Below, one piece after another: positions 10,021 through 23,174 of a stretch of DNA of 64,000 bases. The translations under genes and the position numbers were made by a program. The notes beneath the pieces are model-generated. The model saw only the letters and a list, made by a program, of their open reading frames with translations, made no database searches and was not told the origin of the DNA. The stretch lies in assembly GCF_016433145.1 (NCBI RefSeq), contig NC_058132.1:494775127-494839126 (forward strand), given 5' to 3'. How positions within the stretch are numbered: the stretch's first letter is position 1; the number at the start of each line of letters is the position of its first letter. This DNA comes from Gracilinanus agilis (Eukaryota).

Positions 10021-11255
10021 TTGTGATTCAGATAAAACATGATGAATTCAGGAACAACTTTTGGGTTTTACTGCTTCCTTTCTACTTCCCGGTAGTCTCC
10101 AATGGATTGCATATCCCTTTGTGCCATTTACCTTTTAAATGCCTTTTTGTGCCTGATGGCTGTCAAGGAGAACCACTTATAGACACAAACAATCCCTTTT
10201 TTCCTAGAGATTTTCAATCTGTATAGATAATGAAGGGTGCAAAATAATATAAATTAAATAACTGCAATAATAATTTATGTTCAGTGCATAAGGGAGGGGA
10301 GTTGTCAGGATAAATGCCCAAAGTTTCTTTTGGTCTGTATTCTTCTGACTGAAAATTATATTTACTCCATGGGGAAGAGGGAGAAACAATGTTTAGACTT
10401 CTCCCCAAACCTTTTCCTGCCTTATTTTGGTAAATAAGCAGAGCCACGTCAGAATATAATTGTCAGTGGTATTGCTTTCAACTTTAGAGGAAAGTCAAGC
10501 TCTTCTTGTTAGGGGAGGGTTGAATTTGCCTCTCCCCCCACCCCCCATCCTTCTTCTTCTCCTTTTTTTTTTTTTTTTGGTTTGCATTATTCAGTGGAAA
10601 AATACACAGTGGCATAATGATGGGAATAAGGTATCTTTTATCAAATCTGACTTTAAAATTCAGGTTATGTAAAACATAGAAATGCACAGGAAATTCAATC
10701 AGAACCTCAAGTCACATTATGTACTCTCTGTTCTTTGGGAGCTGAACACGCCAATGAGCCTATAACTGGGAACAAGTCCCAGATTTGTCCCTTCTTAGCT
10801 CAGGCACCTTTTGCCAGGAATCTCCAGCAGGGGAAGCTGTTAGCCCATCAGTGCTTCCCACTCCTCTCTCAGAAGCAGTGAAGTTTAGTGGAGACAGGGC
10901 AGAGGAGACTCCTTAAGAAGCTAGCAAAACACAAAATCCAAAACAAAATTGTGTGCAATGGCTTTAATAGAGATTAACGAGATGTTGGACTCCATAAGAA
11001 CCAGAACAATATTAATTTAACTATAGATTTCTTGAAATGCTTTGAAAGTTTTGACCTAAAAAAGAATTTGTCACCTACAAAAATCCTTTTGTGCAGAAAA
11101 CAAACTTGCTGCTTATGGACACATCAGTTCTCCACCAAGCTGAGGCAATGGTTTTGCTTGCTAATCTCTCTTCTGTAGGTTATTGAAAACCCCTCCCATT
11201 GATTTTCTAGTTCACCTTGGTTAAAAAAAAATCACAATCCCATAAATGATAAAAC

Positions 11256-11499
11256 NNNNNNNNNNNNNNNNNNNNNNNNNNNNNNNNNNNNNNNNNNNNN
11301 NNNNNNNNNNNNNNNNNNNNNNNNNNNNNNNNNNNNNNNNNNNNNNNNNNNNNNNNNNNNNNNNNNNNNNNNNNNNNNNNNNNNNNNNNNNNNNNNNNNN
11401 NNNNNNNNNNNNNNNNNNNNNNNNNNNNNNNNNNNNNNNNNNNNNNNNNNNNNNNNNNNNNNNNNNNNNNNNNNNNNNNNNNNNNNNNNNNNNNNNNNN
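11256..11499. other. Assembly gap (244 N)
   Basis: N run. Confidence 1.
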
Positions 11500-11709
11500 T
11501 TTCACTTACAAGTTCCATCATTTTTCCCCTACCATCGGTTGATGTTCAAGTTTATAATAAGACGCTCATCAGATCTCTAGGCCAATTGCAGCTTTATATC
11601 AAAAAACAACAAGAAAGAAAACAGATGAGGCTAAAGGTTTAGTTAGAGCCCCCTTTCCCAACTCCCCTTTAACTCCTCAAAATATGTGTTCTGATTCTAT
11701 GTTCTAGAA

Positions 11710-11745
11710 GTGTATGTGTATGTATGTGTGTGTATATGTGTGTGT

Positions 11746-11782
<37 letters not shown>
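11710..11782. repeat. (TG)n microsatellite
   Basis: Directly visible. Confidence 0.95.
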
Positions 11783-11785
<3 letters not shown>

Positions 11786-12829
11786 TATCGAAAAATACTG
11801 AAATTCTCCTAAAAGGAGAGGCAGAAAGCTTCAGTGAGCTTAAGTAGAAGAAACTTTTATTTTTATTCTCTGAGGTTCTTTCTACCAAATTTAAAAGTGA
11901 TTCTCAATTACAGCTGAACGTTAGCCAGATGTGCCTCCACTGGACAGTTCATTTCTCCTTGTTAGCCCCTGTTTGTGAAGTTCCAGCAGAATTATGCAGA
12001 ATGATATGCCACATTTTAGCTTTTTTTTTTTAAAGGATACAATCTTTCTCCAGGATACCAACCTCTGGGTACCTTGATCCTTGTCGATGGGATTTTCATT
12101 TAATTCCCAAAGAACATTTCTCACTCAGCTTGTTTTCTGCTTGATGAGCTTCCTGGGAAACCAAACGGTATTTCTTTTAAAGCCTGATGCATTACTTTAG
12201 GAAATCTGAGATGTCAGCTAATTTTGTATTAAAAAAAAAAGAAATAAAAAAGGAAAATAGGATTGGAAAAGCTTATTCTGCTAGTTTTTTTTCCCCTTCC
12301 TATGTCATGGAATTGGTTGGCTTTTATCTAGCTTTGCAGGGACAAGCTGTTTGCACTTAATTTTAGACCTCGTCATTTCTTGAGATTTGATGTGTTACAG
12401 ATAAAAAATAAATACACTTACCAGTTCCCCTATTAGAGGCTGGTACAATGTGGAGGCTTTTGGTATAGTTGACCAGCCATCAAAAAGAAAGAAGAGAGCC
12501 TGACATGGCATTTTATATCTCTCATCTCTGAGATTTAGGAGACTGAAGCTAGTGGATTGCTCTAGTTTAGGATTTTGGGGCTTCAGTAGGATTAAACTAA
12601 AACAGTTGTACACACTAAAGTCAGGCTTCAGTGTGGTGAACCTTCAGGACTGGGGGGCTGACCAGGCTTCTTAAGGGGAAACAAACTGGCCAGGTCAGAA
12701 ATGCATCAGGGCAAAGCTCCCATGTGGATCAATAACAGGACTAGGCTGATGAGAAGCTACTGAACTTTTAGGTTGAGAAAGATTTAATAGAGATGGAGCT
12801 TACAAACAAGCTCAGAGACTCAGCTTCTT

Positions 12830-12985
12830 CCTTTTTCCTCTCCTTTCCTCCTTCCCTGCCGGCCTCTATTTCCTCCCCCTCCTTCTATTTACCTCCCTCT
12901 TTTCTTTCTCTCTTCCCTACTCTGTTTTTCTCCCTCTTTCCTCCTCTCTCCAATCTGCTTCCTTTTTCTTCTCCTCTCATTTAGC
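12830..12985. repeat. CT-rich low-complexity tract
   Basis: Polypyrimidine run. Confidence 0.85.
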
Positions 12986-13139
12986 CTCAAGTCTTTTGAA
13001 TATTTTAATTCTTGATTTCTGACTATACTAGCATGTGTTTTACAACAGGTAAATTGAATTTTGTAGCTCTAAGGTGATATGAAAAGGTGGAACTGTGGAA
13101 TAGCTTCAAGAGTGTGTCAGGCTTTCATTTTTAACCTCT

Positions 13140-13638
13140 TTTTTCTCCCATCTGTTTTTTCTCCCTTCCCTTTCCTTCCCTTCCCTTCCCTTCCCTTCCC
13201 CTTCCCTTNNNNNNNNNNNNNNNNNNNNNNNNNNNNNNNNNNNNNNNNNNNNNNNNNNNNNNNNNNNNNNNNNNNNNNNNNNNNNNNNNNNNNNNNNNNN
13301 NNNNNNNNNNNNNNNNNNNNNNNNNNNNNNNNNNNNNNNNNNNNNNNNNNNNNNNNNNNNNNNNNNNNNNNNNNNNNNNNNNNNNNNNNNNNNNNNNNNN
13401 NNNNNNNNNNNNNNNNNNNNNNNNNNNNNNNNNNNNNNNNNNNNNNNNNNNNNNNNNNNNNNNNNNNNNNNNNNNNNNNNNNNNNNNNNNNNNNNNNNNN
13501 NNNNNNNNNNNNNNNNNNNNNNNNNNNCTTCCCTTTTCTCTTCTTTCCTCTTCCCTTTTCTCTTCCCTTTTCTCTTCTTTCCTCTTCCCTTTTCTCTTCC
13601 CTTTTCTCTTTCCTTTCCTTTTCTCTTCTCTTCTTTTT
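13140..13638. repeat. (TTCCC)n / (CTTTT)n tract spanning a gap (N 13209-13527)
   Basis: Pyrimidine repeats on both sides of 319 N. Confidence 0.9.
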
Positions 13639-14104
13639 TGGCCAGTCAGACATTTCTTTGTGATAGTACTTTTAGTTGCACTCATCCCAATCACCACTTA
13701 TTGATTGACTATGACACTACCACCCTCATAGTTCTTTGTCCCACTGATCTCTTTTATGCTGAAGTTGGGCAGCTGAGTCAGAAAAGGACATGACACCATT
13801 AACCCAAGCCCCTTAGACTCAAAATTATTATCTCAAATGGAATCAGTCTTACTCTCTCATTTTGACTTGTTGTTCCTGACTATGAAGTACTACCTTGGTT
13901 TCTGAGGTCAGAAAAAGAGATAGTTAAGTAGCTGCTGCCAATAACTATGAAGTCTCAGGGGAATGGTAATGGGATAAAGACTTTTAAACTCTTGCTGTTA
14001 CCCTCTGTCAGCTATTTAGAGGTCTCTGTAGAAAAAAAAGAAAGGCTAACATTTTGTCCCCTAGTCAGCAGATATTCATAGAGAAATGATCGACAATTGA
14101 ACTG

Positions 14105-14225
14105 GGGGGCATTGTGGGTCCACTGGAAAGAGTACCAGCTCTGGAGTACAGTGACTTCAGTTCAAATCCTGCCTTTGATACTTTTACTTCTGTGACCCAA
14201 GTCACTTAACCTTCTACTCCTTAAG
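14105..14225 (+). mobile_element. MIR fragment
   Basis: ggaaagagtaccagctctggag...ttcaaatcctgcc...tgtgacccaagtcacttaacc. Confidence 0.7.
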
Positions 14226-14349
14226 TACCTGCTATGTTTAGGGTTCCCACAAAATATCCTGGACTGGATTTTATAGGCTTCCTAAGATGATTAGGAAAAT
14301 AGAATAGAGATGTTTGAGAGTCTACAGGGCAAGCTCTCAAACAACACTA

Positions 14350-14565
14350 ATGATCCCAACTTACATTTCGATAATGATTTTAAGTTTTATAGAGTGCTTT
14401 CCTCATACTAGTAGTCTTGAACATTTTATTACTCATTTTACATGTAGAGAGTAAGAAGCTTCAGAAAGGTGACTCTGCCTTGATCATAGAACCAGTCAAA
14501 TTGGACCGGTCAAGATTCCAATCCAAGGGCCCTGGTTCCAAGTAAATTAACCTCTCCACATTCAC
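14350..14565 (-). mobile_element. MIR fragment
   Basis: Antisense MIR 3' and CORE motifs. Confidence 0.6.
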
Positions 14566-15019
14566 ACAATATTCATAGGACCATCACTTTCAAGCTGGAA
14601 GGGATTTTAAAGACCTTCTCATCCAAGTGTCTCATTTGCTGAATATCTGGTAAATATTGTCCAATGGACTGCTCATAATGCCTTTAGAGCAACCTGGGAT
14701 GTGAAGCAAGTTGGAAAGTGCTAGTCCTTTTTACATCTAGAAATATACTAATTCAGACATATTCACCTATTTTGAAAGATTTGTAGTATTTTTAAACCAT
14801 GATAATTATTTTGTACATTTTCTAGGAAAAAGTGGCAAAACACAACCACTGTTATAATGTAGCAATGCTTTATATAGGAAAAATAAAAGGAAAGTTCATG
14901 AGGAAGCAGAATAGAGTAAAAGAGAGTATTGGCTTAAGAGAGGGGAGGTAGTAAGGCTATCTGGGTTCTAATGAACTGTATAATTATTTACAGTAACGAT
15001 ATGACTTTGGGTATATGGG

Positions 15020-15165
15020 ATGAATAGGGAGGACTAACACACCTCTGGTGTGAAGGCTTGCTGAGCCTTTTTTAGAGCTTCTACCTTTTTTTTTTTTTTT
15101 TTTTAGGACATCCACCTTTGGTGTCTACCTGTCTCAATTCTCACCTGTGGCCCGAAAATCAGTCA
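15020..15165 (+). mobile_element. RTE-family 5'-region fragment
   Basis: acctctggtgtgaaggcttgctgagcc...ccacctttggtgtc...ctcacctgtggc, recalled from marsupial RTE 5' regions. Confidence 0.45.
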
Positions 15166-15175
15166 TAGTTATTTA

Positions 15176-15825
15176 GTTGGTTGGTGTCTTTTGTGCTTGA
15201 AGAGGGCCAAAATGATATAATAATGTCAGGGTTGTAGAATGAGTGCTTGGAAGACTCTACCACAGGTCAGGCACAAACAGTCCATATAAAAACTTGGAAT
15301 GGGAACGTTTCTAAATCTCTGCTTCCCAGCAATGCAAGGATGCAGAGCAAGGCTGAGGGACTTAGAAAGAAAACTAGCCACATTCAGGGGAAGAACTGTG
15401 GGAGAAGAAACACAGAAGAAAAACAACTGCTTGAACACATGGGCTGATGGGAAGATTAATGGGGATGTAGACACTAAACGATAACTCTAGTCCAACTATC
15501 AATAATATGGTATTAGGTCTTGATCAATGATACATGTAAAACCCAGTGGAATTGCACATTGGCTAAGAGGGGTGGGGTTTGGGGGAGAGGGAAAGAACAT
15601 GAAACATGTAACTAGGGGAAAATATTCAAAATAAAAATTTAAAAATAAAAAAATAAATCTCTGCTTCCCATGTTTCTTTTGACCTATTGCAATTTTGCTT
15701 TCTACATAGAGCACAGATTCTTCTTTAATGTGGGCCCATCAAGCTGAATGGCCCTCTGCCAGTGTCTCCCATGTCTCCAATCTACATCAAAGATCTTCAG
15801 AGAGACCTTCTCAGATTCTCATCAG
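15176..15825 (-). mobile_element. RTE LINE 3' end interrupted by L1, running into a gap
   Basis: Minus strand acatgggagacactggcag...ctgtgctctatg (ORF C-terminus, ..WETLA..), tgtgcctgacctgtggtagagtcttc (CPDCGRVF-like C2H2 remnant) and the RTE terminus. Confidence 0.8.
15329..15653 (+). mobile_element. 5'-truncated L1 3' end inserted into RTE
   Basis: 17-bp perfect TSD TAAATCTCTGCTTCCCA at 15312-15328 and 15654-15670; A-rich tail. Confidence 0.92.
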
Positions 15826-15986
15826 NNNNNNNNNNNNNNNNNNNNNNNNNNNNNNNNNNNNNNNNNNNNNNNNNNNNNNNNNNNNNNNNNNNNNNNNNNN
15901 NNNNNNNNNNNNNNNNNNNNNNNNNNNNNNNNNNNNNNNNNNNNNNNNNNNNNNNNNNNNNNNNNNNNNNNNNNNNNNNNNNNNNN
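15826..15986. other. Assembly gap (161 N)
   Basis: N run. Confidence 1.
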
Positions 15987-16094
15987 AGTCTTTCTCCATT
16001 TATGTTAATTATTCCTGTTAAAAGTTTAAGTTGATTTTTGAGGTCAAGAATTTCTGTCTTCGTCTGAATTAGTGCATGAATAATAAATAGCATG

Positions 16095-16270
16095 CTAGTT
16101 AAAAGAGTTTTAGCTTTAGAGACAGAAGACCTGGATTCAAATCCCAACTATGCTACATAATATCTTGTTACTTTGAGCAAGTCATTTCTTCTCTCTAAAC
16201 CTTAGTTTCTTCATCTGTCAAATGATAGGGTTTGATCAGATGCTTTCCAGGTTCCTTCCAGATTTAAATC
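16095..16270 (+). mobile_element. MIR
   Basis: agagacagaagacctggattcaaatccc...ttgagcaagtcattt...cttagtttcttcatctgtcaaatg. Confidence 0.75.
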
Positions 16271-17504
16271 AACAATTTAATGTTTCTTTGGGGTCACCCA
16301 TTAAGGCAGTGACTTATTCTATACCTTTAATATGCTGCTTGACAGACTCAGAATAATATTCCATGGTTATAACTGAAAACAGAGTGGTCCTTCCTTTTCT
16401 TAAGCAGGTTTTATAGGGGGGCCCAGTTAATTCACATTCTGAAACATGCATTTCCTCCTGCAAAAGGAGTTCAGTGGAGGTGCACATCTGACATCCATAG
16501 CCCTAAGCTATCACTGCCTTTTCTGCACATGAATACAACTTTTCAATCTCCACTCATTTGATTCCTAGTCATTCCGTTGGAACATGCCCAATTAATGCCT
16601 GAACATGACCCCTTTGTGTGGATTCATGCCCAGTTATATGCACAGCCAATCTGCCAACACGGACAGACAGCATCTCACCAAAGCTTCCATTTCTCAGCAG
16701 GGATCCAGCAAACCAGATGTCAAGTGCATATTTCTTGAGTATTTTCTGGGATCCACAGAGAGGCTCACACAGGATGATTCAGGCCTTAGTTTAGCACAGC
16801 TTGTCAATGTGAATTGTTTCATTTCTATCCCATAAATATCAGGTTGAGAAAATTTTTTTAGGAAATTCTACATTGCAGGATTGGTGTTCATGTTCTTAAT
16901 TAACAGCTCCTAGATCTGTGGTTAGAATAAGTCCTCAGATGGGGACAGAGGAGGACAGAAGGGATATATTTCCTTTTTTGAAATTTCCTTCATATGCATG
17001 GCAGAGATGAGAAAATCAGCACTCTCTGACTCAGCTTACTTGTCTACATGGTAGATGAAATACAAAATTCCTTCCAAAGTTGATGAACAGCTACAAAGCA
17101 AACAAGGAAAATTTCCATTTTGACTTGTCAGTAGACAGAATTTCCAATGCCAACTGGTTACTAACTACCATTCTCTCTGTGCCTGGCTTATAGAAAACAG
17201 AGTAGTTTTTATAGTTGAGAGAACATCTGAGAGAATGACCAGCAACTTTCTGGGGTCATTCAATGTTATGACCCACATGGGCTCACCAGTGCTGGTTTCC
17301 CATTGAAACCTTGGCCAAGTGTACCCTGTGGACCTTCTCGAGTATATCAGGTCACTAGAGATGCTAAGAAATCCTGAGCTCATGATAATTTTATTTTTTT
17401 CTTTTCAGAGCAAAATAATCTAATATTAATTTATTATAACAGAGAATGAGCTTCTGGCCAGATCCATTTTAATTATCATTTGTCAGGAGAGAGAGCTTCT
17501 AATA

Positions 17505-17770
17505 ATAGTAAAGAACATTTATATAATACTTTAAAGTTTATAGAGCACTATATAAATGTTATCTCATTTTATCTTCACAAAAATCCTGTGAGGTAAGTCT
17601 TATTATTTTCCTGTTTCGTAGATGAGAAAACTCAGTGTCAAAGGATTTAAAGACTTTCTTAAGATCACACGGCTAGTAAGTAAGACAGGATTTGACCTTA
17701 GAACTTCTTGCTTCTTAGTCCTCTATCTACTTAGTACTTAGTACTCTATCTACTCTGGCACTTAGCTGCC
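17505..17770 (-). mobile_element. MIR
   Basis: atctcattttatcttcacaaaaatcctgtgagg...gatgagaaaactcag...aagatcacacggctagtaag. Confidence 0.75.
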
Positions 17771-18613
17771 CCCTTCCATCCCTTTAGTAAGTATATAGAA
17801 GTTTTGTTTTATGGCATGACCAAAATAGGGTCATCTTCAGTTTTGTAAGATGTACAATGAGTTTACAAGAAACCATCCCAATTTCCATGAAGATAACTAT
17901 CTTTACTTCTCTCCTATTTCTATAATGGCATTAGTGATTCTGCCAGTGAATAATTCATTTGTTTTTTTTCTTCATATATATCATTGCATATTTTTTCCAT
18001 TTGAAACTATATTTCTTTTCAAGGTCATTAGTTTTTAATCAAGAACCAAAATGCTCTGTTGACCTTTGTATTTAAGGCTCCCTCTTAATACATCTTAAGG
18101 AGATTATTTTTAAAAACATTCTTATGTTGACAAAATATTAGTATAGAATTATAGCAATTTTGTTTGGTGCATAAAATCCATAGGAACTAAGGTCACATGT
18201 TCAGAATGCATGATTACATCCACTCATTTCACTTTTTTACTTTGCATTTCTAAATCAATAGACCAATTTTTCCTTCATGCAATCTTATATATATGAATAT
18301 TTGCTATCTTGAATAGGCACAGTTGACCCTCTATCTAATGAAACAATATGCTTTACTTCAGCAGTGATGGATGCGATCTCATCACTATGGCCACTCTTCC
18401 ACCAATGAGGATTATGACCTTCCACATTATCCAATAGTGAATGATTCTTAGTTTTTGGCACATTCTCCAGATAGGTCTACCCAGCACATGAAAATTCTTC
18501 CCCCCTGTTTTTTTTTTTTTTTTTGCTTTTATTTTGCAAAGGTGCCAGTTTTACACCTGGGATTCTACTTATTTTTCCTCATTCTTACTACATAAACTTA
18601 GAGTAGAGGTTCT

Positions 18614-18782
18614 CTCTCTTTTTTTTTTTAACCCTTGGTGGAAGAGTGGTAAGGGTGGGCAATGGGAGACAAGTGACTTGCCCAGGGTCACACAGCTGGG
18701 AAGTGGCTGAGGCCGGATTTGAACCTAGGACCTCCTGACTCTAGGCCTGACTCTCAATCCACTGAGCTACCCAGCTGCTCCC
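18614..18782 (-). mobile_element. Young SINE1_Mdo with an internal deletion
   Basis: 14-bp perfect TSD AGAGTAGAGGTTCT at 18600-18613 and 18784-18797. Confidence 0.92.
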
Positions 18783-18787
18783 AAGAG

Positions 18788-19015
18788 TAGAGGTTCTTAA
18801 ATTTTTTTTTGTCATTTTCTTTGTAATCGAGTCCTTTGGCAGTCAGTTGGCAAGGCCTATTGACCACTTTATAGATTAATGTTTTCAAATGCATTAAATA
18901 AAATATGTATGATTACAAAGGAAATAAAGTATATTAAACTAAAGAATATTAAAGTATATAAAAGTATATTAGCAAAATGTATTTTTTTTAAATCTATTTC
19001 ATAGAGCCCAGGTCA
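18788..19015. mobile_element. Old hAT/Charlie-type MITE
   Basis: tagaggttcttaa...cctttggcagtc...aatgcattaaataaaata...gattacaaaggaaa...cccaggt: typical Charlie-family non-autonomous element; a related half-copy lies at about 55575-55653. Confidence 0.6.
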
Positions 19016-19639
19016 GAGGTAGGTGGGAGCTTAGATGTCATCCTATCATAAACATTCATCTTACATAGGGAATTGGACGCCCAGGTTGGGAGAAAGTAAC
19101 TTGACTACAATCAGATAGATAGATAGTGAATGTAAGAACTGAGGCTGGAAATTTGTTTCTCTCACTCTAAATCAAGTATTCTATCTCCTATTGCATACTT
19201 CCTTCCTTGTTTGTGTTTATTTAGTTCTGTTCAGATAAGTTCTTGAAGATAAACTTTATGTAATTTCTCACATTTAAGTCACTGTTGGTAATCTATTGTT
19301 CCAGAACTCCTGTATCCTGCTTGAACTAAATTAAAATAGAACTGGGGGAAAAAAAAACAACAAAATAAATATGAATACACTAAAACACAGATGATGTTAA
19401 TTTTGGTTTTCTAAGACCATATGAATCAACAGAGATGCTTATATATGGTTAAAAGGCCTTCATTTCTATTTGAATTTAAAACAATTGCTTTGGCTAATTC
19501 TTGGAGGAGCAAGGTATTCCATGATTCTTGGCTCTATAGTTTCAATGAGAGAACAGTGGAGCTTAAGAGGAATGATTTGGGAGGACAAAGCTCTTTGTAG
19601 TTTTCAGATATGATCCACTCTGATCTCACTATTCTCTTA

Positions 19640-19821
19640 TTTTTTTTTAACTCTTAACTTCTGTGTATTGGCTCCTTGGTGGAAGAGTGGTAAGGGTAGG
19701 CAATGGGGGTCAAGTGACTTGCCCAGGGTCACACAGTTGAGAAGTGTCTGAGGCCAGATTTGAACTAGGACTTCCTGTCTCTAGGCCTGACTCTCAATCC
19801 ACTGAGCTACCCAGCTGCCCC
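19640..19821 (-). mobile_element. Young SINE1_Mdo (short-tail type)
   Basis: Full head to poly-T. Confidence 0.9.
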
Positions 19822-20149
19822 CTCCCTTGTTCTTTTTACCTATACAACTAACTCATTGTCCATTTGTGCTTGTGGGCATAGGTATAGATATAGGTAATTT
19901 ACCCTTCATATTAGTCTGCTCTAAAACCTTTAATGACTATTAGATGCCTACCTACTAAATCAAATCTAATCTTTCATTGTTACCATGCCCTTCCGTAATT
20001 TGAGCTTTCTTTACCAAAAATCAGTTCCAATTCTTCTCCAAAATTCACTTTCTGCCCTGTTTTGGCTAGTCTTATTTTCCATTTCATGACTATAAATGTG
20101 AATCAGTAATGTGCATGATGGGTAGAGTCCTGTACTTAGAGTTGGGAAT

Positions 20150-20300
20150 TTCATAACATCATAGTTCAAGAGCTCAGAGGCACCTCTGAGGTCATCTAGT
20201 CCATCTAAACTCATTTTATCTTACAAATGATTTGCTCAATGTCAAACATGTAATAAATATAAAATTTGAACTTGGGTCTCAAAATCTCAATCTTTACTCC
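20150..20300 (-). mobile_element. MIR
   Basis: gaggcacctctgaggtcatctagtcc...catttt...ttgctcaatgtca...tttgaacttgggtctc. Confidence 0.65.
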
Positions 20301-21084
20301 CTTTTATACTCAAGATTTTATTTTACCAATTGCCTTATCTAGAATTTTACATTTACATATTTACAATTTTACAATATCTACTTCTAAAACCCAAGAAAAC
20401 AAAGGGAAAAATCAAAAAAATATTGAGATAAAAAAAAAGCTTTCCAACACTAGGCATTGCCTTCTTCCAGTCCAGGGAGGAGGTCATTTTTCTGCTTACA
20501 TTTTCTGTGGGTGGGATGTAGGAGGTGGAGGATATGAATGCCAGTTCTTAGAAAATGCATTTGATGGTCTTGTAAACAGGCATGAAACAAACTGAATTGG
20601 ACTTTGATTTTCTCTTGAATAAGTTACTTTTAAAAAGCCAATTACTTCCAGTGACTATTTGTCTTTCCTGTTTAGTAAATTATTTATTTAAATAGTTCTT
20701 AAGAAAGAGCTCATCTGAATCCTGTTTAGGAGAAGGCTTTGAACATCTAAGGTACAAAAATCCTTTATTAGTCATGTGCTGTACATCCCTAATCAGATTC
20801 CTTCATGCAGAATCCTACAAGCTGTCTTTTCAGCCAAATCCCCTAAGAAATGATTTGATGTTCTCCTCTCAACTAATACAGGATCAGAACTACCATATGA
20901 CACCACATTGGAGGCTTTTATCCACATTGGATACTATCTTCAGCTGGAGTTACTCCAAGAGAAAAATGGTGTTTTGCATCATGGACAGAAGATGGAATAG
21001 CCTTTCCAAAGCAACAGATGACCTCTTAGGATGGATGTGTGATACACCCATCCCTGGTAATTTAATTTATCAAACTCAACAAAG

Positions 21085-21340
21085 AAACATTCTTTAAGTG
21101 CTACTCTGTATGACATACTGTGTTAGGTGCTGGGGATACAAAGGCAAAGAAAAAAGGGCCCATAATGAACTTATGTTCTACTGGGAGATATAACACATCC
21201 ACAGATATATAAATACAAGGTAACAATGAAGGAAAGAACACTAGCAATAGGTGTTTGTGTGTTTGGAGGGGAACAAAGAAGACTTTCATATAGGAGATCG
21301 TGTCTCCTCTGAGTTTGCAGAAAGTTAAGAAAGTCCAGCA
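21085..21340 (-). mobile_element. L2 3' fragment
   Basis: acattctttaagtgctactctgtatgacatactgtgttaggtgctggggatacaaag. Confidence 0.7.
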
Positions 21341-21459
21341 ACATGGACTGGACCCTTTTTTGTTTTTTATGGTTTCTCACCCCCTTAAAACTCTTTGCCT
21401 CTATTTGTTCTGTTATAATTGAGTTTATTACAGGGGCAAAGTTTTATACCTTTTGTGCC

Positions 21460-22510
21460 TAGTTAATTCCTGTTTCAATTCTTTTTCTCATAATTATCAT
21501 TTCTTTTTCATTTTTCCTCTTCTTTTCTCCTTTCATTGGCAAAACCCCCAACATTTTTAATTCTTTTAAAAAATTTGCTTAATCTCGTTGACTTTGTGCC
21601 CAAGCTGTGTTTTTCTTTGAGACTTTGCTTTGTAGATATTTTGGAGTCATTCTTTTCTGGATTAATGTCTTGAGAATTCCTGTCATCATTGTAGTCTTGC
21701 TGTTGGGATTCTTTTTTGGTTTGCTCATTCTTCTAGCCTACCTCCTATCTTCAGATTTAGGCTCTGTGAACTTCTGGAGGGAAGGTAGAGGCTGGTCCTA
21801 TTGTTGCTTTCTTGGGTTATTAAGTGTTATGATGTTCAATGATGCCTGGTACAGTTTTGGCTGGAGATATTTAAGCCTTCAATGATCCCAAACTGTTGTG
21901 ATGTAGGGTAAAGCCAGATTTCTGTCTCTCTAGTCTCAACTCTATAAGTTCCTTACCTGGGTTTGGGTCTGAACAATTATAGATTGCTGCTGGACTCAGC
22001 TATTATTAGCTAGCTGGGAAGGTCTGCTGGTTCAGCTTGTTCTGGAATTCCTATCTTTGTTATTCTTCTGCAGAGTTCAGATTGGACTAGATAAGTGCTA
22101 TTCTCAGTTTACTTGAGATGTATGACCTAGAATTGAATATTGGGTGCCAAAGCTGCCAGTTTACAATTGTCTTGACTGAGGTGCCTTGGTATGAAGTGGG
22201 GTTCTGGTATTGGCTTGGGACCTTCTCTTACTCTGGTGCACTGAAGCTTCTCTTTGCCCTGGAATGTTCACATAGCACTCCTAGCCAGTCCCCATGCCCA
22301 ATGTTCATAGACTTCTTTGCCTCTCTGTACTGATATGAGCTGGGAAAATGACTCACTCTAACTTTTCTTATAATTCTTCTTCGCCCCTTCGCTTATATTC
22401 TCTAGAGCTATTAGGAGGGGTGTTTTTTCTTCTATTTTTTGGAGAAGCTTATAAAGGGAGCTTGCTGTTCTGCTTCCTGCTGCTCCACAAAATTGGATCT
22501 GCCTCCCAGC
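21460..22510 (-). mobile_element. Old L1/HAL1 5'UTR-ORF1 start
   Basis: A-rich on the minus strand; right end ctgctccacaaaattggatctgcctccc resembles an antisense L1 5' terminus; no intact ORF. Confidence 0.6.
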
Positions 22511-23174
22511 CCACTACTTTGAATGGTTCAAAATCAGGTTCTGTAGGTTCCTTGCCCTTATGAGTTAAAAGCTCATAAATTTTCCTTTTTTCTTAGCTTT
22601 TAAAACCCCAAATCCTTCTATAATCACTCCATGTTCCTTAAATAGTTATTTGATCTCTTATTTTGGTGAACTTTAACTCCTCAAGTCTTAAAAATAGTTA
22701 GATGCAAATAAGTTGAGGAACTAATTACAATGCCCTGCAGCCTAAACTAATTCTTAAGTCTCTAAAATAGTCCTTTTAATATTCCAAGGCTCTGAAAATT
22801 TTGTTTCTTCAAATTTTATTTTCAGTTTTTAGTAAAAAAAAAGTTCCTACCAATATCTGTTCATATATGAAAGAGTCATCATCTTACATCCTTCAGAGAG
22901 TAATTTAAAATATTTTTATTGAAAAAATTAATTTTCTTTTCCTTTTGGTAACCAAACATTATATTTTGGCTGCAATCTGTATTTTTATATGTATATTTTA
23001 AAATAAAAATTCTTTCTCTGCCCCTTTGAGCCACCAAATTATTCCTCTCTGAAAGTGACATTGCCTTCTAATCTTTCCTAATTGATTTACATGTTTTTAT
23101 ATGTTTATTCTTTTGTCTTTTCTTTTAATAACCAAACTGTTCACATTTTAAAGAGGCAAACTCTTATAAGAGGA

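Noticed and set aside
12068-12160. Minus-strand AG...GT segment (ccAG|GAAGCTC...ATCAAG|GTACC)
   Set aside because: Stops in all three frames and a weak donor.
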